A stretch of DNA of 64,000 nucleotides, taken from positions 62,001 to 126,000 of the forward strand of contig NIVC01001196.1 in the NCBI GenBank assembly GCA_002269645.1, read 5' to 3'. Origin of the DNA: Macrostomum lignano (lineage: Eukaryota). The position numbers and the translations under genes were made by a program. Every line of letters starts with the position of its first letter. Position 1 is the first letter of the stretch. The notes beneath the pieces were generated by a model. The model was not told where the DNA came from, searched no databases, and saw only the letters and a list, made by a program, of their open reading frames with translations. Positions 46,413 to 60,126 of the stretch are shown piece after piece.

Positions 46413-49400
46413 GTAGGACTTGACATCTCAGCAATTCCCCCATTAAGCCTCGACATTGCAGCAATTCTCACAGCGCAGTAATTAGCCTTGACATCCCAAC
46501 AACCCAACTCCCCTCTCCCAAGAATTCAGCAATTCCCTTATAAGCCTTGACAACTCAGCTATTCCCCCATGAGATTTGATATCTTAGCAAGTATTTAATT
46601 GATTGTTGACAGCGGTTAATCTATGATTGAACCAAAACTGACCCTAAGCCCCCAAACCTACCCATAAGTAAGTCTTGGCATGTTAGCAATTTCCACTACG
46701 AGCCTTGAGCCTCAGCATTAAAGTAACTTCCTCATAAGCTTTTAAATCTAAATTTCACCGGAAGCCTTGACCTGTCAGCAATTCGCCGTAGAGCCAAAGC
46801 ATTTAAGTAATTCGCCCCAAGAGCCTTTAATCTTAGCAATTCCTCGATGGATCATTGATGGTTGTCACGACGATCGCTCTATAATTTAACCAAAACCATA
46901 ACCCTTAACCTGTAGTCGAATTTCAGCAATTTTCCAATGAGCTTTGGAAATGTTAGCAATTTCCCCATGAGCCTGAAAATTGAGTGACTAACCATTTGAT
47001 ATCTTGGCACTTGCATTTCAACAATTAATTTCAGCAATTTCACAAATGAACCTTGAATTCAAAGCAATTCTCCCCAGAATGACATAATTATAGCAATTCC
47101 CCTTTGTCTTGATATCTTTTAAATCCTTCCATGAGTATTGATATATCACAGCAATTTGCCATACCAGCATTATGCTCGTAGCAATAGTCTTAGAAGTCTT
47201 AACAGTCTTAGCAATTCCCGATGAGACTTTTACTTTCGACAGGGCGCTTTATTTGATTGACATGATGATTCTTGTTCGTTTTTTCTTGCCTTTGCGTTTT
47301 CTTCTCTTTAAAAGAAGTTTATATTAAAAAATACAATATTTCACTATAGCTTTCTGCAGTTTAGCAATGGTTCACCAGCAGATTAGCAATGCAGTTTAGC
47401 AATGGTTCACCAGCACTGTTTTGCACAATCAGTGAGCAGATGGCCACTAATCTTTGCATATGGCCATATTGCTTCTGCATAATCAAAACCATTTAAAATG
47501 TTTTTGCAACTTGCAGGGTAAATTTAATCTCCTTACATATTTATTATTTTATTATATGCGTCGACAGATTAGCACTGCTCTCCCCGATTAGCGCTGCTCA
47601 CCCAGATTAGCAATACCCTTTGCAAATTAGCACTTACAGCAGATAAGCACTGCTCTTGAAGCTTAGCGTAGCCCCAGCGAAAGTATATATAAAATAAAAT
47701 GTTAAAAATTTGCATGAATTCCCATAGGAAACAATGATTATTTTCACAAAGATAAATTCGCTGCTTCAATGTAGACTCGAACTGCCGACCTTCTACTAAA
47801 AGCCTTATACTATTCTAGAAGTTTAGTAACTTCGCACTTTAAAGTTAACCCCCTCCCCCCAGAAATCGGCAGTTATCCCCACAACAACCTGAAATAGCTA
47901 TCCCTTCTAATCCCGCAAACAGACTGCAGTCATACTCTTAGCAGCCTGCAGGTACTACTGTCTACAACTTTCATTAGCATCGGCAAACTACAATAATTCA
48001 CTCAGCAGTCCGCAGTTACTTGTATCCCCTCAACAACTTGCTCTGCTATACACTCATAAGTCTGGAGGAATACCTCAGCAGTTTTTTTCAATTTTTCCCA
48101 TTGCAGTCTGCATGAATGAGTCTTCTCAGCAATGATTCTTTCAGTATTCTGAAAATTTTCTCAGCATTTAGTAGGGCTCACTAATCAATTTTCGATACAT
48201 ATCGGCAGTCTTTTGCGCAGCTCAGCATTTAGCAGTACCTTCAGCTGTTTAGCTATTTAGCAGCATCGTCTGCAATTCGGGAGCAGTAATACACGAATCA
48301 GTTTTTTACAAATCAAATTTTAAAATGCACTGGCTGAAATCAAATCAAATTCAAATTGACAAAATCAAATTTGTTTAGCAACTTGTGCTGAATAGCAAAA
48401 ATATTGTGCTGAATAGCAAATATAATTCATTGAGTGTGGCTTACTAATTAATAAAAAATGATTCAATTAGTTGAGGCGCTAGGTATAAATGAACTCATTT
48501 ATTTAATTTTAATTATCGGCCGGCGAGGCGGACTCGAACCTTGGACCTTACGCCTAGCCTAAACCTATCCTAGTGCCTACACTGCGGCTATTCCGCCTAC
48601 TGATGGGAGGGCGCAAAAATCAGCCATATATGCTTAGACATTGCGGTCAAATACATAGCAGTGATAGGCTGCTCAGTGTGTACAGGTTTGGTGCCGGCAG
48701 AGCCGTTCAGCCAAGGTCAGAAGAATGTACACACGCAGCCACTGAGCATTATTTTATTTCAATACTTTTAAAATGCACTGGCTGATTTCTCTCTCCCTCC
48801 AGAGTGCCTGCGCAATGCTTGGCACACTGCCTCCACCTAAAAAGCTCAGAGTCAGTTTATAGCGAGAATATGCAGTACGCAGTTGTGGCGCAATCATTTA
48901 GAATTGGAATTCAGCCAGTCAATAATTCAACGTTGCTTGGCCTTCCATTAAAAAACATTTAGAAAAACTTGTTTTTCGAATATTTAATCCCTTTAGCATT
49001 GAAGCAGATTAAAGAAATTTTAGCTGTCCTCTTTCCAGATAATTACAAAACTTTTGGCAAAAACGCAATTAAAATTGGTCAATTGGTTCGATCTCTAGAG
49101 CGCTACACGAATACACGAATACTAACACAAAATCTGTTCGAGTGAACGTCACACGAAGCAGCTATGACATAATTAAATATGCAGGCAGTCAGTATCAGTC
49201 TAAATTAAAGTTTGCTATATGGTTACGCAATTTCTGCCTTTTAACTTGGCACAGTGTTATCAAATTGTTGTGATGCAATCTTTATCAGAATCAGAATTCA
49301 GCCAGCCAGTTTTTTCTCTAGCATTCGTATAGTGCACTTCAAGTCAAAAGAGCTGCTTGACCTTTGCAAAAAACATGTTTTTCGAATATTTAATCCCTTT

Positions 49401-49700
49401 AGCATTGAAGCAGATACAAGAAATTTTAACCATACAATCCCAGGCTGATTACAAATCTTTTGGCGAAAACGCGATCAAAATCGGTGAAGAATTGCTCACT
49501 CTAGAGCGTTATGGACAAACATACAAACAAACCTTAGAGATTTAGTATATTTAGATTGCTCACTCTAGAGCGTTATGGACATTCATTCAAACATACAAAC
49601 CTTAGAGATTTAGTATATTTAGATTAAGTATATTTAGATGGACAAACATACAAACCTTAGAGATTTAGTATATTTAGATTAGAGATTTAGTATATTTAGA

Positions 49701-52700
49701 CTAGCCATTTAGCCCCCCGCTGGGGAGCCCTAAAATGACACCAATTGGTTTTTATTTTGACACAAGAGTAACCTTACTATAATTATCCAAAATGTTGATT
49801 TCCATTAATCAAAAATTACCTTTTCTCATTTTGGCAAAAATAAATTGCCATGAATCAGAACTTTCATTAGCCAAAAAAGTTTCCTTCATCAGCCCAAAAC
49901 CCTTTCTCAATCAGCAAATAGTGCTGATCCTTTCAAGCACAAACTCTTAGTGCATATCGTCGCTGGCCGGGGCATATTCTTATCCGCAGCAAATATGCAA
50001 ATCACTGACGGCCTTAGACCCTCTCTTTTAATTAGCCTAAATCAAAGAATGAAACCTTTAATAAATGCGCTGGTATTTCCTATTAGCAGAAATCAGCATC
50101 ACTTGTGTGTACTATTTCAATATCTGAACTACATGAGCTACTTCAGCCGTACTACCTGACTATCTGACAATCGCCCAACAACCTAACACCCCTAACAATT
50201 CAGCCATCGTCCATGAGCCTTGTCATCTTAGCAATTCCCCCCAGTAAGCCTTGTCATCTTAGCAATTCCCCCAGTAAGCCTTGAAATCTCAGCAATTCCC
50301 CAAGTAAGCCTTGACAAGAATTGCTAAGAATTGCTAAGAATACTTAGCTAACAATTGCTAATACTTGCTAAGAATTGCTGAGAAGCCTCGAGATCTCAGC
50401 AATCCCCCCAGTAAGCATTGACATCTCAGCGATTCTCCCAGTAAGCCTTTGAAATCTTAGCAATTCCCCCAGAAAGAATTCACATCTTAGCAATTGCCGC
50501 AGTAAGCCTTGAAATCGCTGCAATTCCCCCAGTAAGCCTTAAAATCTCAGCAATTTCCCCAATAAGCCTTGACATCTTAGGAATTCCCCCAGTAAGCCTT
50601 GAAATCTAAGCATTTCCCCAGTAAGCCTTGAAATCTCAGCATTCCCCCAGAAAGCCTTCACATTTTAGCAATTCCCAGTAAGACTTGACATCTTAGCAAT
50701 TCCCAGTAAGACTTGACATCTCAGCAGTTCCCCCATTAAGCATCGACATCGCAGCAATTAAACTCGAGCCTTGACATCTACGCAGTTCTCTCAGCTGAGT
50801 AAGCCTTGACATCCCAACAACCCAACTCCCCTCCCCCAAGAATTCAGCAATCCCCTTATGAGCCTTGATATCTCTGCAATTTCTTCATAAGCCTTGTCAA
50901 CTCAGTGATTCCATTCATGAGCTTTGATATCTTAGCAACTCCTATCTTAGCAAGTCTTTAGTTGATGGTTAACAGAGTGGTTATTCTATGATTGAACCAA
51001 AACTGACCCTAAGCCCCTAACCCTAACCCATAAGTGAGTCTTGGCATGTTAGCAATCTCCCCCGTGAGCCTTGAGCCTGAGCATTTAAGTAACTTCCTCA
51101 TAAGCTTTGAAATCTAAATTTCACCGAAAGCCTTGAACTGTCAGCAATTCCCTAAGAGCCAAAGCATATAACTAATTCGCCCCTTTAATCTTTGAAATTC
51201 CTTGATGAATCATTTATGATTGACACGACGATCACTCTATAATTAAACTCAAACCCTAACCCTTAACTGCAGCCGAGTCACAGCATTTCAGCAACCCCCC
51301 CTCTCAGCCCAAGAATTTCAGCAATTCCCCAATGAGCTTTTGAAATCTTAGCAATTTTCCCATGAGCATGAAACTTTAGCGACTAACCTTTTGATATCTT
51401 GGCACTTTCACATGAGTCTCATGGTTGAAAACTAACCCTGCCAAGTCACAGCATTTCAGCAATTCCCACCGTAAACCACAGCATTTCAACAAATACCCAA
51501 TGAACCTTGACATTTCGTGAAGTTCAGCTATTCGCTTTAGGAGCCTTTGAAATCTCAGTCATTCCCCCGTGAACCTTAGCATCTCAGCAATACCCAAGAG
51601 TCACAGCCTACAGCATTACAGGGATCCCCCGTGACCTTTGAAATCTCAGCTATTCCCCAATGAGCCTTGATATCTCAGCAACTCCTATTTGAGCCACAAA
51701 ATTTCGGCATTATGAGCAGGTACTGCAATCACAACAATCCCCCTGAGCATTGAGCCTCATTATAATTCGGATATCCCCCCACGAGCCTTTACAACTTAGC
51801 AATTCCCCAATGAGTATTTAATGTTAGACAGGCCTATTCATTTATATGGTTTACGTCTTACTCTTACCCTAACAATGTCGGCAATTCCCTCAAGAGCCAC
51901 AGCATTCCAGAAATTATCTCCATGAGCCTTGACAGCAAATAATGAGCCTTGATACCTCAGCAATTTCTCAAATGAACTTTTAAATCAAAGCAATTCTGCC
52001 CAGAATCACATCAGTATAGGAATTTCCCTCTGAGACTTGACAAGACATCTCAGAATTTCTCTCATGGGCCTTGATCTGGCCCATGGCCCAGTAAGCCTTG
52101 AAATCTCAATAATTCCCCAGTAAGCCTTGACATCTCAGAAATTCCCTCATTAAGATCGACATCGCAGCAATTGAACTTAAGCTTTGAAATCAAAGCAATT
52201 CTCCCCAGAATCACATCATTATAGCAATTACCGCTGAGCCTTGAGATCTTAGAAATTCTCCCATGAGTCTTGATATCACAGAAATTTTCCATACCAGCCT
52301 TGACATCTTAGCAATTCACATTGAGTATTTTATTCTCGACAGACCGCTTCTTTTATGGTTGACATGATGATTCTTTTGTCGCTTTTATCTTGTGTTGAGT
52401 TTTCTTCTGGTTAAAGTAGCATTTATTAAAAACTTACAGTGGTTTACCATCACTTTAGCAATGGTTTACCATCACTTTAGCGATGGTTCACCAGCAATTT
52501 AGCAATGGTTCACCAGCAGTTTAGCAATGGTTCACCGGCACTGTTCCGCAAAATCTGGGAGCAGATGGCTACTGATCTCCATATGCTTCTCAATAATCGA
52601 AACCATTTGAAATGTTTGCAACTTGCAGTTTAAAATTGATTTGCAATTCTCTTGCATATTTATTAATTCATTGTACGTCAGATTAGCACTGCTCACCCAG

Positions 52701-55627
52701 ATTAGACCCTTTGCAAATTAGCACTTACAGCAGATTAGCACTGCTCTAGAAGACTAACGCAGCTCCAACAAAAGTATCTTTAAATTTAAGTGTTTACCAT
52801 CTCCATGAATCTGCATAGGATGCAATTATTATTGTCACAGGTCACAAAGATAAATTCGCTGCTTCAATGCAGGCTCGAACTGCTGACATCAAAGCATTCT
52901 GTTTGCTTCTGCTTGATACTGCCTGCCTACTGCGGCTATTGTGCCTATTGACATGTGGTCGAAATAATCTAGTTTAGCAACTTCAGCCGTTTGAAGTTAA
53001 CCCCCGGAAATCGGCATTTATCCCCACAACAACCTGAAATTATCCCTTCATCTAATCCCGCAAAAAGACTGCAGTTATTTCTTAGCAGCCGGCATTTATC
53101 ATCCACTTTGCATTTTAAAACTTTTATTAAAATTAAGAATGCATACCCTCAGCGGCATAGAATTGTCCCCTTAGCCAAAAATATTTCACTTAGCAGCCGC
53201 AGAAATCCCCTAAACAACTTGTACTTAATCTTCCACAGTAAATATCCACTCAAAACTCAATAGTTAGTTATAAGCCTCAGAAGTCTGCCATTATCCTCTA
53301 ATTAGTCCGCAGTTTTCCCTCTCAGCAGTCTGCAGCTATACGCTCATACGTCTGGAGGAACTACCTCAGCAGTTTGCAGTTGTTTCCCCTTTGCAATCTG
53401 CAATGATCCCTTCGACAGTCTGCAGTTCCCCTCAGCAGTCTGCAGTCATTTCATTTTCAGTCTACAACTGTACCATTAACGATTTTCATTCATTCTCTCA
53501 GCAGCCTGCAGTTCTCCTCTCGGCCGGCTCCTCAGTCTCCTCTGCGAACTGCAATTTGCTCAGCATTTTACGGCTCACTATTAAATTTTCGATACTCACC
53601 ATTTAGCAATACCTTCAGCAGTTTTTTTTCAGAATCGTCTGCAGTTTAGCAATTTCATACTTTCATGGAGCTGGGAAATATACCCATTGATTGGACCAGT
53701 ACGCTCGTAATACATGTACTCGAAGCAGTTTTTACAAATCAAATTTGCTTAGCGACTTGTGCCAAATAGCAAAAATACATGTAGTTCATTAAGTGTGCCT
53801 TGTTAATTAAGCATAATAGTTCCAATTAGTCAAAGCACAAGCTAAAATGAAATAATTAGTTCAATTTTAATTGTCCGCTGCTAGGCAGACTCGAACCTGG
53901 GACCTTACACCTATCCTAAACCTTGTCCTAGTGCCTACAGTGCTGCTACTCCGCCTATTGATCGGAGGGCGACAAAATCAGCCATATATGCTTTGGCACT
54001 GCAGTCAAATACACGGCAGTGATAGGCTGCTTAGTGCACGGTTGTATGCAGGCAGAGCCAATGCGCAGTTAAGTGAAATCTATAAATTAGATTTTTAAGT
54101 CTGGAGGAACTAATTCACAGTCTGCAGTTCTTCTCTGGCTGGCACCGAAGTCCCCTCAGAAAACTGCAATTTGCTCAGAATTATACGGCTCACTAATCAA
54201 TTTTCGATACATATCGGCAGTCTTGAAAAGCTCAGCATTTAGCAGCATTGTCTGCAGTTTAGTAATTTCGTACTTTTAAGGAGCTAGACAATACCCATTG
54301 ATGGGATCAGTTATACTCGAAGCAGTTTTAACAAATCAAATTTGATTAGTGGCTTGTGCCGAGTAGCAAAAAATGAATTGCGAATTAATAAAAAAATGTT
54401 TCAATTGAAATTAAATAAAAAATGTTTCAATTAGTCCAGGCACAAGCTATAAATTATTGAATTATTTGAATTTTTATTATCCGCCGGGGAGGCAGACTCG
54501 AACCTTGGACCTTACGTCTAGCCTAAACCTAGTCCTAAGTGCCTACACTGCGGCTACTCCGCCTATTGATGGGAGGACAACAAAATCAGCCATATATGCT
54601 TCAGAACTGCAGTTAAAATACATAGCAGTGATAGGCTGCTCAGTGTGTAGGCGTGCAGGCGGAGCAAATGCACAGTTGATTGAGTGAAATCTAAGGCTGC
54701 TCAGTGTGTAGGCGTGCAGGCGGAGCCAATGCACAGTTGATTGAGTGAAATCTAAGGCTGCTCAGTGTGTAGGCGTGCAGGCGGAGCCAATGCACAGTTG
54801 ATTGAGTGAAATCTATAAATAGCAATTTTCTATGGAGTCCGCCAGTCAGAGCCAGGGTCAGAATGTACACACGCAGCCACTGAGCATTTTTTCCCCTTGC
54901 ACACTGCAACCAGTATTGAAGCTTACACAGTGGAGAGAGAAAAGTTATGGCGCAATCATAATTGGAATTTGAATTCAGCCAGTCCAGTCAAGAATTTATC
55001 CTAGTTTGCCCTACCATTAAAAGCATTGGGAAAACTCGTTTTTCGAATATTTAATACCTTTAGCATTAAAGCCAATTAAAGAAATTTTAACTGTCTTCTT
55101 TCCAGATAATTACAAATCTTTTCGTAAAAACGCGATTAAAATTGGTCAATCGGTTCGATCTCTTGAACGTTACACGAATACTAACACAAATTCTCTTCGA
55201 GGGAAAGTCACACGAAGCAGCTATGACATAATCAAATACTCAGGCAGTCAGCATCAGTCTCAATTAAAGTTAGCAATATGGTTACGCAATTTCTGTCTTT
55301 CAACTTGGCACAGTGTTTTCAACTTGTTGTGATGCAATCTTTATCAAAATCAGAATTTAGTCAGTCGGTTTTTTCTCTAGCATTCTTACAGCGCATTTCA
55401 AGTCGAAAGAGCTGCTTGACCTTTACAAAAAAGCATGTTTTTCGAATATTTAATCCCTTTAGCATTGGAGCAGATTATAGAAATTTTAACTGTCTTCTTT
55501 CCAGACAATTTTGAATCTTTTGGCGAAAACGCGATCAAAATCGGTGAAGAACTGCTCGCTCTAGAGCGTTATGGACATTCATTCATTCAAGCATACAAAC
55601 AAACCTTAGAGATTTAGTATATTTAGA
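49701..55627 (-). mobile_element. Non-autonomous Helitron-like unit H2
   Basis: Same termini as H1 (TC at 55627; hairpin and CTAG at 49704-49701). Internal duplication around 53300-54900 and a 61-bp unit x3 at 54634-54816. Confidence 0.72.
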
Positions 55628-58600
55628 CTAGCCATTTAGCCCCCCTCTGGGGAGCCTTGAAAATGACATCAATTGGTTTTTATTTTGGCACAACAGCAAC
55701 CTTACTATAATTACCCAAAATGTTGATTTCCATTAATCAAAAATTACCTTTTCTCACGTTTGAAAAATAAGTTGCCATGAATAAGAACTTTCATTAGCCA
55801 AAAAGTTTCGTTTATCAGCCCAAAACCCTTTCTCAATCAGCAAATAGTGCTTATCCGTTCAAGCACAAACTCTTAGTGAATATCGTCACTGGCCGGGGCA
55901 TATTCTGATCCACAGCAGGAGCTCAAAATGCAAATCCCTGACGGCCTTAGACCCTCTCTGTTTATTAGCCTAAATCAAAGAATCAAACATTTAATAAATG
56001 CGCTGGTATTTCCTATTAGCAGAAATCAGCATCACTTGTGTGTACTATTTCATTATCTGAAATACATAAGCTACTTGAGCCGTACTACCTGACTATCTGA
56101 CAATCGCCCAATAACCTATTACCCCCCCCCCCCCCCAAAATTCAGCCATCGTCCATGAGCCTTGACATATCAGCGATTCCCCTGTAAGCCTTGACATATC
56201 AGCAATTCCCCCAGTAAGCCTTGGCATATCAGCAATTCCCCCAGTAAGCCTTGAAATCTCAGAAATTGCCCCAGTAAGCCTTGACATATCACCAATTCCC
56301 TTAGTAAGCCTTGAGATCTCAGAAATTCCCCCCATAAGCTCTGAGATCTCAGCGATTGCCCCCGGTAAGCCTCGACATCTCAGCAATTCCCCCAGTAAGC
56401 CTTGACATCTCAGCAATTCCCCCAGTAAGCCTTGAAATCTCAGCTTTCCCCCAGTAAGCATTGAAATCTTAGCAATTCCCAGTAAGACTTGACATCTCAG
56501 CATTTCCCCAGTAAGCCTTGACATATCAGCAATTCCCTTAGTAAGCCTTGAGATCTCAGAAATCCCCCCCATAAGCTCTGAGATCTCAGCAATTGCCCCC
56601 GGTAAGTCTTGACATCTCAGCAATTCCCCCAGTAAGCCTTGACATCTCAGCAGTTATCCTATTAAGCCTCGACATCACAGCAATTAAACTCGAGCCTTGA
56701 CATCACGCAATTCTCCCAGCGCAGTAAGCCTTGACATACCAGCAACCCAACTCCCTTTTCCCGAGAATTCAGCAATACCCTTATAAGCCTTGATAACTCA
56801 GCAATTTCTTTATTACCTTTGTCAACAGAGCGATTCCACAATGAACTTTGATTATATCTAAACAAGTCTTTAATTAATGGTCACCCTTACCCATAAGTGA
56901 GTCTTGGCGTGTTGGCAATTTCCACCATAAGCCTTGAGCCTCAGCATTAAAGTAACTTCCTCATAAATAAGCTTTGTAATCAGAATTTCACCGAAAGCCT
57001 TGACCTGTCAGCAATTCCCCGTAGTAGAGCCAAAGCATTTAAGTTTTCCCCCCAAGAGCATTTAATCTTAGCAACTCCTCGATGGATCATTAATGATTGT
57101 CACGACGATCGCTCTATAATTGAACCAAAACCATAACCCTTGTAGTAGAATTTCAGCAATTCTCCAATGAGCTTTGGAAATGTTAGCAATTTCCCCATGA
57201 GCCTGAAAATTGAGTGACTAACCTTTTGATATCTTGGCACTTGCATTTCAACAATTTATTTCTTCAATTTCACAAATGAACCTTGAAATCAAAGCAATTC
57301 TCCGCAGAATGACATAATTATTGCAATTCCCCCTGAGCCTTGAGATCTTATAAATTCTACCGTGAGTCTTGATATCACAGCAATTTCCCATACCAGTATT
57401 ATGCTCGTAGCAATAGTCTTAGCAGTCTTAACAGTCTAAGCAATCCCCGATGAGACTTTTACGTTCGACAGGGCGCTTCATTTATGATTGATATGATGAT
57501 TCTTGTTTGCTTTTTCTTGCGTTGCGTTTTCTTCTCTTTAAAAGTTTTTATTAAAAAAATTACAATATTTTACCATAGCTTTCCGCAGTTTAGCAATGGT
57601 TCACCAGCATTTCAGCAATGGTTCACCAGCATTTCAGCAATTCTTCACCAGCAGGTTAGCAATGCTTCACCAGTAGTTTAACAATGCTTCACCAGCATTT
57701 CAGCAAAGGTTCACCAGCATTTCAGCAATGATTTACCAGCATTTCAGCAATGGTTCACCAGCAGTTTAGCAATGCTTCACCAGCATTTTGCATTAGCTAC
57801 ATGGTTCACCAGCATTTCAGCAATGCTTCACCAGTAGTTTAATAATGCTTCACCAGCAGTTTAGCAATGGTTCACCAGCAGTTTAGCACTGCTTCACCAG
57901 CAGTATAAAAATGCTTCACCAGCAGTTTAGCAATGATTCACCAGCACTGTTTTGCACAATCAGTGAGCAGATGGCCACTAATCTTTGCTTATTGCCATAT
58001 TGCTTCTGGATAATCGAAACCATATGAAATGCTTTGTCAACTTGCAGGTTAAAGTTGATATGTAATTTCCTTACATATTTATTATTTTATTTTATACATC
58101 AGATTAGCACTGCTCTCCCCGATTAGCGCTGCTCTTAAAGCTTAGCGTAGCCCCAGCAAAAGTATCTACAAAATGAAAATGCTAAAAATTTGCATGAATC
58201 CTCATAGGAAACAATGATTATTGTCACAAAGATAAATTCGCTGCTTCATTACAGACTCGAACTGCCGACCTTCTGCTAAAAGCCTTATACTATTCAAGAA
58301 GCTTAGTAACTTCGGCAGTTACTAAAACTTCTAATTCAAGATTCAAGATTCAAACTAAATTCAAGAAGTTAAGTAACTTCGGCAGTTTGAAGTTACCCCC
58401 CCCCCCCAGAAATCGGCAGTTATCTCCACAACATCCTGAAATTAGCTATCACTTCTAATCCCACAAACAGACTGCAGTCATACTCTTAGCAGCCTGCAGA
58501 TATCCACTGTGCCGTCTACAACTTTCATTAACATCAGCAAACTACAATACTTCACTCAGCAGTCCGCAGTTATCCACTCAACAACTTGCAATTAATTCTT

Positions 58601-60126
58601 CACAGCTATTATCCACTTTAAACTCTGTAGATAGTTATCCCCTCAACAGTCTGCTGCTATGCACTCATAAGTGTGGAGGAACTACCTCAGCAGTTTGTTC
58701 CTTTTTTCCCTTTGCAGTCTGCATGAATGATCCCTTTGACAATCTGCAGTTCCCCTCAGCATCTTCTGTTCTCCTTTTCAATAATCTTCCAATCTTCCAA
58801 TAATCTAAAAATGTGCACAGCATTTTCGGCTCACTAAACAATTTTCAGTACATATCGGCATTCTTAAAAAGCTCAAAATTTAGCAATACCTTTAAGCAAT
58901 TTTAACAGCATGGTCTGCAGTTTAATAGCAATTTCATACTTTCATGGTGCGAGGCAGTACTCGTTGATGGGATCAGTAATGCACGAAGCAGTTTTTTAAA
59001 ATCAAATTTTATAAGTGGCTTGTGCCAAGTAGCAAAAATTATTTGCTAATTAATAAAAAATGTTGCATTTAAAATTAATAAAAAATATGTTATATTTAGT
59101 CGAGTCACAAGCTACAAATGAATGAATTTACTTTTTATAATTATCCACCGGGGAGGCGGACTCGAACATTGGACCTTACGCCTAGCCTAAACCTAGTCCT
59201 AGTGCCTAAACTGCGGCTATTCCGCCTACTGATGGAAGGGCGCAAAAATCAGACATATATGCTTCGGCACTGCAGTCAAATACATAGCAGTGATAGCCTG
59301 CTCAGTGTGCACAGTTTTGGTGCTGGCAGAGCCATTGCACAGTTAAGTAAATCTCTCAATTTCAATACTTTTAAAATGCACTGGCTGATTTCTCTCTCCC
59401 TCCAGAGTGCCTGCGCAATGCTTGGCACACTGCCTCCTGCTGAAAAGCTCAGAGTCAGTTTATAGCGAGACTATGCAGTACGCAGTTGTGGCGCAATCAT
59501 TTAGAATTGGAATGCAGCCAGTCAAGAATTCAACGCTGCTTGGCCTTCCATAAGCATTTAGATAAACTTGTTTTTCGAATATTTAATACCTTTAGCATTG
59601 AAGCAGATAAAAGAAATTTTAGCTGTCCTCTTTCCAGATAATTACAAAACTTTCGGCGAAAACGCGATCAAAATTGGTCAAGAATTGCAGTCTGTAGAGC
59701 GTTACGAAAAACAGATCTTTGACGCTTAAAGAGCTCGCTGCTAGCCTCCAGAATAATTTTATTTTTGACCCCTGGTATGGTTGCGCAATTTAAATAGAGT
59801 AATAATCTGGGCAGTGGGGCCCATGAGTTTTCTGATCAGTTCGCTCTGGCGCAATCATTAAAATTGGCTGTGAAATTTCTCGCTGATAAAATTTTGCAGT
59901 GAATTCGCCCATTTAAAACAGTTTTTCGAATATTTAATCCCTTTAGCATTGAAGCAGATTAAAGAAATTTTAACTGTCTTCTTTCCAGACAATTTCGAAT
60001 ATTTTGGCGAAAACGCGATCAAAATCGGTGAAGAATTGCAATCTCTAGAGCGTTATGGACAAGCAAGCAAGCAAGCAAGCATACAAATATTAGAGATTTA
60101 GTATATGTAGAAGATAGATAGATAGA
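55628..60126 (-). mobile_element. Non-autonomous Helitron-like unit H3
   Basis: 3' hairpin GCTCCCC-AGA-GGGGGGC and CTAG at 55631-55628; 5' end A|TCTATCTATCTATCTTCTACATATAC near 60126. Confidence 0.7.
57585..57950. repeat. 22-bp minisatellite (GTTTAGCAATGGTTCACCAGCA)n
   Basis: About 16 variant units; only a few units at the equivalent sites in H1 (~47360) and H2 (~52440). Confidence 0.9.

Larger units (their letters stand above)
43050..49700 (-). mobile_element. Non-autonomous Helitron-like unit H1
   Basis: 5' TCTAAATATAC at 49700; 3' hairpin GCTCCCC-AGC-GGGGGGC, then TAAATGG and CTAG at 43053-43050. Confidence 0.72.

Noticed and set aside
40118-57950. CRISPR-like appearance of the short repeat arrays
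   Set aside because: Monomers are contiguous with no unique spacers, there are no cas genes, and the context is eukaryotic.
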